Positions 13,146 through 25,008 are shown, counted from the whole stretch's first letter. The stretch is DNA of 63,479 nucleotides, filler included, from Asterionella formosa (GCA_002256025.1; 9 parts of 9 records of this genome joined end to end with filler, not necessarily neighbours in it), one strand, 5' to 3'. Made by a program: numbers and translations. The notes: a model not told the origin generated them from the sequence alone.

Positions 13146-14274
13146 CCGTGATAAATCCGTTTTTGAATCCCGACATTCTTGCGGGTCATTCTAATTAACG
13201 GCTACGAGGTCTCAGCGAAAGGCGTTATTTCATCACTGTTGGTACTCCTGGAGAAGTAGGAAAGTGAAGTATGTACATATGACAATATAAATCAAATAAG
13301 ACATTTCTGAATAAAATGGCGACCCCTAATTAGATGTGGAGCATTTAAACATTATGTATGAAAATTTGAAAACTGGCGATCGTTTGCCGGCGATGTATAT
13401 GTAAGGGCTTTTTTTTTCAATTTCAAAAGAGACATCATTATTTGACTTCCTATCTTTTACAGGACTGGAGCTACTATTACCTGATACCTGTTGGCAGTAC
13501 CGGTACCAGGTACCTGGTACCTGTACACTACTCAGAGGATTGATACTCCAGTTTTAGGGATAGGGTTAGGGTTCAAATTTGTGTACGTAGGTAGGAGTAC
13601 CAGAAATTTCACATCCAGTGTAAACATGTACAATGAGACTTCAATGAATCTTATAAAGCGAGCTGGCCAAGGTAAATACAAGTACTACAGTTTACATAGC
13701 AAGAACTTTCAAAATTTTAGGTTTTAAATTTTCTCGCGTCTGGCCATTTTCTTGGAGACCTCGTGTGTTGCTCCGTCCACTACATAGTATCGGTATGTCG
13801 TATGCATAAAAGGCAAGAAAATGCATGTATTTTGCTTCACACTTGACATGATACGCCTAGCATGCAACGAACAAATTTCCTACGTATGTACTCCGTATGT
13901 ATATATATTTGATCGACAAAATGCGAAACCAGAGTCATCGCAGGGGCTGTAAAGGAGAAAATTTAACGACGAGCACAGTACGGTTTGGTACTGGTGTGAT
14001 AAAACGCAGAAATATCTCCCTCACCCACTTTTATGATCCAACCCTTCGACTCTCCCAGTTGGCTCATTATCAGCTGCAATCATCCTCAACTTCATCGGAA
14101 CGAACGCATTCATTCCTCCACACGAATTGATAGACCTTGGTCATCAAGAAGCCATCAAACCCCGAAAGATCTCACCGAGTCATCGATCATTGAGGGAAAG
14201 GAGAAATCTCAGAAGGACCACTGACTGGATTTATACGTAGAATTCATAGACCACATACCGTAACGTTACTCAGG

Positions 14275-17200
14275 ATGAAGACCCCGCAATCATGGAAAGC
14301 ATGCTCTGTTGCTAGCCTTATGACACTCATGATGCTCCTACCAGCAAGCATTACAGCGCAAGTTCATTTCCCATTCGCTCATCAAGCGTCAATTTCTTCA
14401 TTCGCCGGACAGGATCTTCCTGCTCAGGACAGATCCGCGAGCGCTACATTAGTATTGACTCATAGCTCTACGGAAGTCAATGCGAAAGCAGTCGAACGGA
14501 ATCTGGGCAGCACAAGTAGTCCAAGCGGAATCTCTGCTCCTACAGAAGCTCCGGTTTCTGGCCCTACTGCAGGTTTTCCCGTTATCTCCACGACAACGGT
14601 GCCTGTGACTGTTCCTGCTGGGTCACAATCGACAGGCGCTCCCAGCAACTCTCTTTACCCCTCCTTAGAGGTCGTTGAAGGCCCAATGTTCTTTTCGAAC
14701 ATTCCAACAGTTGGCGCTTTGACAGCGAATCCGAGTAAATTGACGCTGCTCCCGAGCAGTGATTTTCCCACGTTTAGCCCTTCAACTTTGACTCCAGCAC
14801 CACATAGGAGCAAGCCATCGAAGCACCCAACTCTGAAACCAACCAAACGTCCGCGGACACCTAGGCCTTTTAGTAATAGCCCGAGCGGACCAAGTCCTGA
14901 ACCAACTGTACAGACGACGCCAAATCCATCGTTCGCTGTTACTGCTCAGCCAACACCAAGTCCATCGTTCGCTGTTACTACTCCGCCAACACCAAGTCCA
15001 TCGGTCGCTGTTACTGCTCAGCCAACACCAAGTCCATCGGTCGCTGCTACTGCTCAGCCAACACCAAGTCCATCGGTCGCTGCTACTGCTCAGCCAACAC
15101 CAAAGCCCTCGCGAAGACCATCGAAAAGTCCAACAGGAAATCCCACTGGCGGTCCAACATCGACTTCGCCCACACCCGTACCTGTAGCCGTCGGAAGTCC
15201 GACAGGAAATCCAACATCGACTTCGCCAACACAACGACCGTCCAATTTCCCAACTTCAAAGCCGTCGTTTGGCCCCACCGATAAACAAACCCCTGTTCCT
15301 ACCGATAGTCAGCGGACATCAACGCCGTCAGTGCTCATAACAGTTGGCCCAACTGCTGTTGTCACAACGTTTCCCTCGTTTGCTCCGCAGTTGTTTCCGA
15401 CGACTCGTCAACCTACCAAAGACCCCACGCCAGTGCCAACGGATCCACCCTCTCCTCGACCAACACCAAAGCCGACAAACAAGCCAACGTTGAGCCTATC
15501 AACACCTGTGCCGACATACATATCCCCGGGAAGTACAGCTACACCCACCACCCTATTGTCAACGCCAAATCCAATAAACGCTCCAACTTTTAGCCTATCA
15601 ACACCTGTGCCGACATACATTTCCCCGGGCAGTACTGATACCCCCACCACCCTACCGTCAACACCAAATCCAATAAACGCTCCAGCGGCGAGCCTATCAA
15701 CACCTGTGCCGACATACATATCCCCGGGTAGTACTGATACTCCCACCACACTACCAATACCTTCGAATGGCCAGACAATTGCACCCAGTTCAGAACCATT
15801 GCCATCACCTATTGGAAGTCCCTCGGATCCTTCATCGACTCCCCCGACTCTCAACCTAACACCATCACCAACCCAGTTCCCCTCTGTCCCCACAAGTGTC
15901 ACTCCAATGTTGCCTACCCCGACTTTTTCTCCTAGTTCCTTTACGACCATTCCACCATCTTCAGCATCACCGATCCTTGACCCTCCCGGGCCTTCGAGCT
16001 CCATGGCACCGATGCCTACAGTAACGGAGGCACCCTTGAATTCCCCTACTCCACCTTCGCCCAATGGACCGACCATGCCAACTGCAAGTCCGATCGTGGA
16101 CTCTCGTTTCCCTCTTATGCACTTGACACAAGGGAATAACACCATGAATATTTCTCNNNNNNNNNNNNNNNNNNNNNNNNNNNNNNNNNNNNNNNNNNNN
16201 NNNNNNNNNNNNNNNNNNNNNNNNNNNNNNNNNNNNNNNNNNNNNNNNNNNNNNNNNNNNNNNNNNNNNNNNNNNNNNNNNNNNNNNNNNNNNNNNNNNN
16301 NNNNNNNNNNNNNNNNNNNNNNNNNNNNNNNNNNNNNNNNNNNNNNNNNNNNNNNNNNNNNNNNNNNNNNNNNNNNNNNNNNNNNNNNNNNNNNNNNNNN
16401 NNNNNNNNNNNNNNNNNNNNNNNNNNNNNNNNNNNNNNNNNNNNNNNNNNNNNNNNNNNNNNNNNNNNNNNNNNNNNNNNNNNNNNNNNNNNNNNNNNNN
16501 NNNNNNNNNNNNNNNNNNNNNNNNNNNNNNNNNNNNNNNNNNNNNNNNNNNNNNNNNNNNNNNNNNNNNNNNNNNNNNNNNNNNNNNNNNNNNNNNNNNN
16601 NNNNNNNNNNNNNNNNNNNNNNNNNNNNNNNNNNNNNNNNNNNNNNNNNNNNNNNNNNNNNNNNNNNNNNNNNNNNNNNNNNNNNNNNNNNNNNNNNNNN
16701 NNNNNNNNNNNNNNNNNNNNNNNNNNNNNNNNNNNNNNNNNNNNNNNNNNNNNNNNNNNNNNNNNNNNNNNNNNNNNNNNNNNNNNNNNNNNNNNNNNNN
16801 NNNNNNNNNNNNNNNNNNNNNNNNNNNNNNNNNNNNNNNNNNNNNNNNNNNNNNNNNNNNNNNNNNNNNNNNNNNNNNNNNNNNNNNNNNNNNNNNNNNN
16901 NNNNNNATCTTCCTGAAACGTCATCGGAATCAGCAAGTGATGGAAACGTTTTACAATGACACCGTGTCCAAGGGCAGTTTTTCGCATCTTAATACATTGG
17001 AGGCAACGATGGCTGTGGCTGAGAATGATTATATGTCTCATGTTGATGCTAAATCTGACGCGGATGTCTCAACATTGGGTGATCCCGTTCCGCCGCGATC
17101 AAATGATATCGACCAAAGGTCGTTGGACGAATCTATTTGCTCTTTGGATTATGACTTTGAACGTCAATATGTCAATGATGTTGTTTCCGCGTGTGATATT

Positions 17201-17596
17201 TCTCTCGAAGACGTGACCCATGCGAACAATATGTTGCCCAAGGACGACGATGAATTGGAAGCTCAATATTGTGCTACCGATGAGTTCGAAGTGGAGATTC
17301 CTGCAGGGATGCTTGGTCTGGTGTTGGAATCTTCTGAGAATGGCATTCCTAGGGTTCATACCATCAAGGCGTCCAGTGTCCTTTCGAGTCTAGTCCGAGT
17401 TGGTGATCGTCTTTTGAGTGTCGATGGGGAAGATGTGACGTTAATGAGTTCCAGTGAAATCTCCCGACTCATTTCCAGCAAACGTGATAATCCAATACGA
17501 AAATTGGTATTCATGAAACCGCCTCGAACGACGAATACAACTGATGAAGCCGATCCAAATGTGTCGTATGCAACAGTTTCGATATTTACAGAATAG
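14275..17596 (+). CDS. Pro/Thr/Ser-rich (mucin-like) type-I membrane protein with cytosolic PDZ domain; gap 16157-16906
   Basis: N-terminal signal peptide (VASLMTLMMLLPASITA) and a PT/PS-rich ectodomain. After the gap, IFLKRHR looks like the end of a TM helix, followed by DVSTLGDP and a PDZ domain (EIPAGMLGLVLE..VHTIKASSVL..VRVGDRLLSVDGEDV). Joining across the gap is inferred. Confidence 0.75.
14920..15105 (+). repeat. Coding minisatellite, 36-bp / 12-aa unit (TAQPTPSPSVAV-like), ~5 copies
   Basis: actgctcagccaacaccaagtccatcg(g/t)tcgctg repeated with 36-bp period. Confidence 0.9.
15493..15757 (+). repeat. Coding tandem repeat, 99-bp / 33-aa unit, ~2.7 copies
   Basis: agcctatcaacacctgtgccgacatac at 15493, 15592 and 15691 (SLSTPVPTYISPGST...). 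Confidence 0.9.
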
Positions 17597-17752
17597 TCCA
17601 GTTGTGATAAGTGTATCCTATATAAATATATATATATATAAACTTAATAGTAAATACATGAAAAACATTGCGATTTTTTTTGTTAAATAAATCTCAATTA
17701 TGTTGCTTGTTCTGACCCTGACATAAATTTGTAGGGGTTGTGAATGTCCTTT

Positions 17753-18616
17753 TTAACGCCTGACCCACGCAGGAGCCTTTCTCGCCTTGAGCAATCCAAT
17801 CTTCTTTCGTTCCACCTTTCTGGCGTCTCTAGTCAACAGGCCAAAGTGCTTCAATGCCGCCCTGTACAAGTCTGGGTTATAATGGTTCAAAGCCCTCGCG
17901 ATTCCGTGACGAATGGCCCCTGACTGTCCTGTTGTTCCACCCCCCTCCACCCACGCCATGACGTCAAACTTGCCACATGTCTTGGTCACAATGAATGGCT
18001 CAAGAATATGCTCTCGATTGCCTACATTGGGAAAGTAGTCTTCCATGTTGAGTCTATTGACTACCATTTCTCCCAGTCCTGGTTGTATCCAAACTCTCGC
18101 GGAAGCCGTTTTCCGGCCCCCCCGTCCATAGGCTCTTCCTCGTTCATCTATCTGCGAGGTCCTGATAATGGGCTTGGACAGCTCCATCCATCGTTCCTTC
18201 TTCTTGTCCTGTTCTTGTTGTTCTTGGATCAAAATGTCGGCGAGAATGGATTTTTCCTTGTCTTCGGGTGATTCTTCCACTGCATCTCCATCTTCGTCCA
18301 ATTCAATGTCCTCGTAATTCATGTCACCGCCGGCGCCGTTGAAATACCCTCCAAAGCCAGAGCCTTCGTCGTTTATATCTTTGTAATTGGCATGTAACAT
18401 GCTAATGGCCTTGGTACGAAGCCGGACATGTGGTACTGCTTTCTGCTGCTGCTGATATGGGATGCTACTGCTGCTTGGTGGTTGCTGCTGCGGCTCCTGC
18501 TGCGGCTGCTTAGCAAATCGATTCGGACCTCGGGTTGACAATGTGCGAATCGCGTTACTGCTTGTACGATGGTTCTCAAGGCCTCGACTCATCATTAGTA
18601 CAACTCTATTCCTCAT
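17753..18616 (-). CDS. MRPS9: Mitochondrial ribosomal protein uS9m
   Basis: C-terminal S9 domain GRGGRKTASARVWI..GGGTTGQSGAIRHGIARAL..LLTRDARKVERKK..ARKAPAWVRR. Arg-rich N-terminal presequence. The start lies next to a gap. Confidence 0.92.
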   Translation of the reverse strand: MRNRVVLMMSRGLENHRTSSNAIRTLSTRGPNRFAKQPQQEPQQQPPSSSSIPYQQQQKAVPHVRLRTKAISMLHANYKDINDEGSGFGGYFNGAGGDMNYEDIELDEDGDAVEESPEDKEKSILADILIQEQQEQDKKKERWMELSKPIIRTSQIDERGRAYGRGGRKTASARVWIQPGLGEMVVNRLNMEDYFPNVGNREHILEPFIVTKTCGKFDVMAWVEGGGTTGQSGAIRHGIARALNHYNPDLYRAALKHFGLLTRDARKVERKKIGLLKARKAPAWVRR

Positions 18617-18729
18617 GATGCTTACTGAANNNNNNNNNNNNNNNNNNNNNNNNNNNNNNNNNNNNNNNNNNNNTTAATTAATTAANNNNNNNNNNNNNNN
18701 NNNNNNNNNNNNNNNNNNNNNNNNNNNNN

Positions 18730-19060
18730 ATATTACATGAAGTGACCATCACGTAACAAATTAGCCTAGTTGATTTTGAATGGATCACATGAATTAGTTG
18801 AATACATCAAAATGCTTACTTGAATATATCTATATATTATCTGAATACATCACGTTAATTATTTGATCAGAGTATCATGCATGCATTCCTGATCAGCACT
18901 ACATTACGTGACCACCTTCACATAATTATTTGAAATACTTCACGTAATTATTTGAAATACTTTAATTAATTCTGTAATTTAGTTCACATTGCCTTGTAAT
19001 TTTGTTCAGGTAATTCTATAATATAGTTCACATAATGTATTAAATTTGTTTACGTAATTT
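18730..19060. repeat. Dispersed AT-rich repeat (probable TE subterminal region); inverted copy at ~56290-56597
   Basis: About 270 bp align with the reverse complement of 56290-56597, including gtatcatgcatgcattcctgatca and the 22-bp unit cttcacataattatttgaaata. Confidence 0.85.
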
Positions 19061-19966
19061 AAAAGTACTATCAAATATGTTGATTACTAATTCAACTACC
19101 TGTATTTCACATTACATGGGAAACAAATCTCGATATGCAATCAAACAAAGCAGTTCTTTCAGAATGGCACCTTCAGTCTTGAGAAGGCAGGCATTATGAG
19201 AAGTCTGTAAGGACAATGCAAGACAAACAGAAGCCATTCATTCTGAATGAAAAAATTATTCATTCTTCTTGAAGAGGCATCATCATGGTGCAAAATTGCA
19301 ACAGGAATGCATCACACTGGCTTCCTTCTTGACCTTGAAATGACTTCGTCATTGACCTGCAAAGATTTACATAACAACAGTGTGTCAATTATTCATTTAA
19401 TAGAACTAGCAACAGCAGAAAGCAACACACAGATGTGCTATTCAACTGTTTCACGGAGCAGTCAAATTGACAGCAAGACACCAGCATTAGCCACCAGGCA
19501 GCACCGCAACTCACTGATGCATACAAAAGAATGAACCAATTTTGACTTGTATTCCTCAAAATTAAAATTCAATTGCAACACTGACACTCTGCTCCTCTTC
19601 CTCCTCAACAGGTTCATTGAATTTCGAATGGACCAGTGCTAGTAGGACCTATCTAGGTTAGGGGTTAAAAACAGCCGTTTGTCTGGTATTTCTTTCAAAT
19701 GATCAAACTTTACTCCAAGTTTACCCAAACTAGAAGTGCTAGATATACCGTGTTAAACTATAAACTAGGAATGAAGTGCAGTTCAGACTTCGTTCGAAAA
19801 ACTGGCCTACTGTCCGCAAATATCTACGAAAATCAGCGTTAGTGTCTGGTAGATGTCTGATAATGGAAGGTAATCTGACAAAAAGTCAGACAAACAGGCA
19901 ATTATAGATAAATCATAGAATTGCTATCTAAAACATAACAGTAGTCTTGTCTTTGCCTTTGTCATC

Positions 19967-21340
19967 TTATTCCGTTGCTTTTCCATTGCATAAAACATTT
20001 AGTAATACATTGTTCAACTCTTCATACACCCATGGGGTAAAATGAACACTGTCCCAATATATACTTCTCCGTTCTTGAAAATTCCAAACTTTTCCACCTT
20101 CTTCCTTGGGCGGTGCAGGATGACTGAACGTGAGTGAATCGAATTCCTGCGTGAGGTGACCAAAGTCTAAAAATCCACATCCTGCTGCGAAAGTGGCTTC
20201 TTTGATATAGCTTAATTCAGGGAGCCTCACAATTTCTAGTCTCCCTGCAGTAGTTGTTTTATAAAAGCAACGGCCTTTGTCCCCAACCCAATTGCGAACT
20301 AGGAACATGATCTTGTCGATCAATTCCTTTTTCAAAATACCCCAATGACCACGGTTGTAAATGGCAATATCAACTCCATGTAGTACCTGCTGAAGGGTCC
20401 CATTGAGTGCCTGGTGAAGAGGCTCATTCCAATCCCAATCTTGCTGTTTCGAACGATTGAAGAGGGAATCACTGCCTTCTTGTGTAGTTCGACACGTTCC
20501 TTTCTCTGCGCAATTTGTGAAATTCCATCCATGAATAGGGCCAGGCATATCCCCCCACCCAACTTCACTCACATAGCTTATTTTGGTTCCGGAGTCAGAT
20601 ATATACTGAGCATTCTCTGTCGTGTGAATGTCAACGCCCTCTCTCCTGGCGCAACCACATTCCAATCTTCCATGAAACATACTTCCATTGGTAGAACCTC
20701 CCAATGCAGAATGAAATTTCTGCCAGCTCTGCCAGTCCCCCTCCATGCATACATTTGGTTCATCATCTGGAGAACACGTGGGAATTCCTTGCTTTTTAAT
20801 GTGAGAACACGGTTGTGTTGATGATGTACCAAACCGGGGTGGGAACTCGCCTCTTTCCACAAAGTATGCCAAACTTAGAAATTGATATCTCGTGAGGGAG
20901 TCTCCAATAAATGCAAGGTGCCGCTGATTCAAGCACTTACGAGCTTGTTTCGATGTGTATCTTGTGAGACGACATGTCAAGGGGAGTTGCAATTCTCGAG
21001 ATCCGTCATGTCGCAGAGCACAGGTAGTCGGTGATCTAGTGAGAAACGACCCGTCGGCACCAAGATGGGCATTTCTCATCAGTGATTCGCATGTTGGAAG
21101 TGTCAATGATGAGGATGGATCAGCAGCAGCATACTTTGAAAGTGCTTGTTCAAGCGTATCAAAGCTGATGGAAATATCTGTCGAAGGAGGAGCTTGCAGA
21201 TTTACTGCCTCTGCAGAATCCTTTAGTACCACTGCAGCAGTGATGGAGGGGGCCGGTACTACTGGCAGTATCTTACAAATGATGTGAAGATACCGACCTG
21301 CTAGAGATATTAGAAGTAGAACAGTTAGGAATGCTCTCAT
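19967..21340 (-). CDS. PC-esterase / SGNH-like (TBL/Cas1-type) O-acyl esterase or transferase with N-terminal anchor
   Basis: Hydrophobic N-terminus; CL..RHLAFIGDSLTRYQF (GDS motif); NRGHW; C-terminal WDSVHF (DxxH) and ELNNVLLNVLC. Confidence 0.75.
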   Translation of the reverse strand: MRAFLTVLLLISLAGRYLHIICKILPVVPAPSITAAVVLKDSAEAVNLQAPPSTDISISFDTLEQALSKYAAADPSSSLTLPTCESLMRNAHLGADGSFLTRSPTTCALRHDGSRELQLPLTCRLTRYTSKQARKCLNQRHLAFIGDSLTRYQFLSLAYFVERGEFPPRFGTSSTQPCSHIKKQGIPTCSPDDEPNVCMEGDWQSWQKFHSALGGSTNGSMFHGRLECGCARREGVDIHTTENAQYISDSGTKISYVSEVGWGDMPGPIHGWNFTNCAEKGTCRTTQEGSDSLFNRSKQQDWDWNEPLHQALNGTLQQVLHGVDIAIYNRGHWGILKKELIDKIMFLVRNWVGDKGRCFYKTTTAGRLEIVRLPELSYIKEATFAAGCGFLDFGHLTQEFDSLTFSHPAPPKEEGGKVWNFQERRSIYWDSVHFTPWVYEELNNVLLNVLCNGKATE

Positions 21341-21609
21341 GTTGGTCTTGGTCCTAATTACAGAATTTTTGTTTTACTTTCATTTGTTTTATGTTTGCAT
21401 TTTTTGATGAGGCTAACCTACTAAGCACTGTCACTAATTAAGCCTTAAGGTGAACTCCCATATTATAAAAGTAAGCTACGGCGTCACCTAACTTGTAAAA
21501 ATATCAAATGTGGTATGTGTGCGTAATTAAGAAAACCTATAACATATTTTGCGATGGTTTTATTATGATTAGCAGGACATGCTAAATACGGTAGCAATAT
21601 ATGTCAATG

Positions 21610-22170
21610 CTGCAAAATCAATGCACATATTCTTGAGGTGAACTACCGGTAATGTACAAACTACCGGTAATACATACGGTATACATTCTTCCGATGAACT
21701 ACCGGTATTTACATATACATAAATCGAAAATCAAGCAAAATTTTATACGTAAACTGTCGACGTACCGGTATATCCTTGAGGTGAACTACCGGTTCGTATA
21801 CATACCGGCGTTCCTGTGGTGAATTATATACAGGTATAAATGTTTTAGATATTTTGCGATGCATGGTACCAGGTACAGAACATATTACCGGTATTATGAA
21901 GGCAGAGCAGGACATGCTACATACGATAGCAAGATGTCTACGTCTTGTAGAATCAATGCACATATTCTTGACGTAAAGTACCGCGTAATACACACATATT
22001 TTCTTATTCTTGGGATGAACCATGATTTCCATTTAAAAAATGAATGTATGTATATCAAATATCAAGCAAATTTTCTTAAGTAAAATGTCCTCATACCCGT
22101 ATATCCTTGAGGTGAACCACAAGTACCTGCCGTTATATGACACCGGAACAGGCATTTCTGGGGTGAACTA
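21610..22170. repeat. Degenerate tandem/dispersed repeat cluster built on gaggtgaactaccggt
   Basis: Motif variants near 21635, 21693, 21778, 22109 and 22161. aatcaatgcacatattcttga near 21616 and 21951. tatatccttgaggtgaac near 21769 and 22100 (~330-bp period). Confidence 0.6.
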
Positions 22171-22291
22171 TATAGTGTACAATTCATTCTACCCCCAATA
22201 TTTTTGTCGTAGTGAAAGCTAGTGCACTAGTTAACTATCATTATGAACGTACAAAGCATGCACTGTGTGGGAGTGGGCGGTGCCACCTTTG

Positions 22292-22425
22292 CTGGTACAA
22301 GGTACCAGGTACCTGGTACCTCGTCTCACCAGGGGTGATGCTTTCACAATGCGTGAAGTACCCCTGGTACCCTGGTACCGGTACCTGGTACTAGACTACT
22401 GTATGTTCCAGTTACCTGGTACCAG
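22292..22425. repeat. Largest GGTACC(A/T) palindromic array in the window
   Basis: ggtaccaggtacctggtacc (perfect 20-bp palindrome) at 22301-22320 with further GGTACC units to ~22425. The same 20-mer occurs at 13502-13521. Confidence 0.8.
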
Positions 22426-22610
22426 AACCTGGTGTTGCCGGATTTTGCTAGCTTCATTGTTGTGTGTAATGCTGATTCAACTGGTCTGGTGTTTATACCA
22501 GGTAAGAAGCAGGCAAAGAAATAACAAGGTACATTACATTGAAAATGAAATTTGAATTTTATGTAGTAAGTATGTATGTTATTATTTAGTAGTATACGCA
22601 TTTATCTAGC

Positions 22611-22930
22611 TTAACACAGCTGTAGTTGTGGATGCCTACCACCACTGCAACCTTTCAACATTTGGTTGACGAGAATGTGAGTAACAATCTTATCCTGACC
22701 ATTGGTCTCATAGATTAAGTCCAGGGCTACATGTGCCATGTACCCACTCAAACTAGCTAAAGTCGCCACTGCATCCCAGACAACCTTGCGCTGCCAATAG
22801 TAGATGCATATTTCATCATCCTGCTCCCTGCCCTGCTGCTTGTAAATAGTAGCCTTTCTGGTTTTTTCGTTCTGAAATTCCAACTTCCTATTCTTACCAA
22901 GGAACAAGTTTAGTTTGGTGTCTTGGAAGG
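22611..22930 (-). mobile_element. Remnant of a Crypton-like (tyrosine-recombinase) element C-terminal GCR1_C-like domain
   Basis: YWQRKVVWDAVATL..GYMAHVALDLIYETNGQ..VTHILVNQM..GGRHPQL resembles, from memory, the C-terminal RRKVVWD..DRIY..YG..GGHPNL domain of stramenopile Crypton-associated proteins. Degenerate and CpG-poor. Confidence 0.45.
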
Positions 22931-24599
22931 TTACTTTTATAATCAGGACCCACATCCATGTTTGTTTGTTTGTCCTCAATACCTGCTTGATTGTTGGTTT
23001 GTTGGTTCCTACAGCAAGCTGTGCGACTTCGACCTTTGGTACATTGCTTGGCTGGGTAGCCTACACATAAGGCTATTTAAATAGTTACAACAAACATAGC
23101 AAATGTTGACTATTCCACAAGCTCTACTAAAGTAGAACTTTAGCTAGCTCAAGAATGGATCTGACATATAGGGATAGTGTGGCTAGTAAGTAAACCAACC
23201 ACCCCAGATATATGATTCATCAGCTATAGACATGTTCTACTAACATTTAGCCTAGTAAAATGCATAGCCACACATTTCAGAACACTTATTAAAATGTTTG
23301 ATTTCGAAGTAGGATATCATGCAGTGATTTCCTTATGGTTGAACGGTCACCTCTACAAAGAATGTAGAACTTATACTCTAGTAACCAGGAATTCATGAGT
23401 AATATATATACTTAGTCAGTCTCAAAGTCAGCATTGAACTTGGAATAAATAAACTAAGAATGGTTTATAATCCCCGATGTCTTGCACATCATGGGTACTC
23501 TGGCTAGGTGACTAGATGTTCAATTGTCAAAACTCTTGATTTTCCTGCATGCACATCATCTTGCAGAATTGTCTAAGTCTTTCTTTAGCATTTGCTGGAT
23601 TGTCAGTTCTTAGCAGAAAACCCACTGTTTTTTGGGTTAGTGCATTGGTCCATACACTCCGTCTCAGGATAATGGCCAAGGAAACGAGAAAACAACTGCC
23701 TTTTGACAGGGATGCAATCAATGAGAACCTGGCTTGGCGCATCCCTCTCGTCCTTAGAATTTGCGTTCAACACAGATGCAGCTTGGCCATCAGAGCGACA
23801 AGGAATCAAATATTTGCAGTTAGTTTTCTTGTTAGTTGGAAGCAATTGTCAATTTGGATGACCACATGGAATTGACAGACACAACACGCACACAGGCAGC
23901 TTATACCATTGATGAATTGGATATTTTATACTTGAATGAGAAAAGGATGACCATCATGATTGAACTCTTGCTAATTGTGAGTCTCTAGAGGCTGCCTTAC
24001 TTGTAATGTTTCCCTTGTCTTGTCTGCAGACTTGTTCTGTTTTATGGCCTTTTTGATGACAAGGTCATTGACAGGCACAGCCATACCTTGTTGGATTTCC
24101 ACTGTGGGTGGTTATTACATTCCAAGTGAAAAGACAATGTGGCATAAAGTACTACAATGCCTTTTTTGCAGTAATAGTTAATGGAATAATACTGGCCAAG
24201 TGTTTGGTTATCATCCTTGTTTCCCCCAGGCTCCTCTACACTAAACTCACAGCTTGTAGTACTATCATTGGCTATTTGCCATAACCTCTGTACAACATCA
24301 TGGAAATAAGTACATTTTTGTAAGCATGGGAATGTGTCAGTTCATTTACTCTCCTGGTCAACATTGCTTGTTGCCATGCTGATGTTTAAGTTTATTTTAA
24401 TTTATGATGTTTATGATGTTTTACCAGTAGTATAATCCCTCAACATAACATAACACAGCAATCTTTGAGTCTTGTCATGAACATGAGTCGATTTACTCAT
24501 ATATGACTTAGTTTTGTTTGTTTGGTTTGCTAAAAGTTAATTCTATAAGCTCACTTTATTCCACTTCTCTTTCAATTCTACACTGGAACCTTAATCTCC

Positions 24600-24945
24600 C
24601 ACAATGGCATGATCACTTGCACCACATCTTGAGCCCTCATCTTTGGCTCCCCTTTCTACAGTGGCTTTAATCTTCCAGAACTGTGGGTTTGCCAAGGCAC
24701 CTGCCATCTAACATGTCTTTTAGGTCATGTGAATAAAGCAGACAATGTTGGTACTCTCATCAGAATCACTATGGACACCCTTCAACTGCATCTAGGATTC
24801 CCCAATACCCCTCTCTCTCACCCATACTCTATGATCCAACACTACATTGATCCCACTTGGCTCACTACCACCTGGGATGTTATAACGGAGTCCAAAGCTG
24901 CTCTCATTCTTGCGGACCCCTGGATTTTTCCACTGGACCGCCTTT
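24600..24945 (+). mobile_element. Non-LTR retrotransposon (LINE) ORF fragment, region just C-terminal of RT
   Basis: *ALIFGSPFYSGFNLPELWVCQG..LLGHVNKADNVGTLIRITMDTLQLHLG..PLSHPY..PTWLTTTWD matches the PRA..FGP..YGG..L..QG..LLGH..QL..G..W motif of diatom LINEs. The TGA stop at 24630 sits where a CGA (Arg) is expected. Confidence 0.7.
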
Positions 24946-25008
24946 TTAGATTAGATATGTAACAAAGTATATGGATGGTATTTAGATGTTTGTCATTATT
25001 TTCTATTT

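Noticed and set aside
13554..13573. Telomere or chromosome end (TTAGGG units)
   Set aside because: Only ~3 imperfect units, internal to the scaffold.
15408..16145. 245-aa Gly/Val-rich antisense ORF
   Set aside because: Shadow of the Pro/Thr-rich sense ORF; the many short ORFs overlapping the real genes were dismissed for the same reason.
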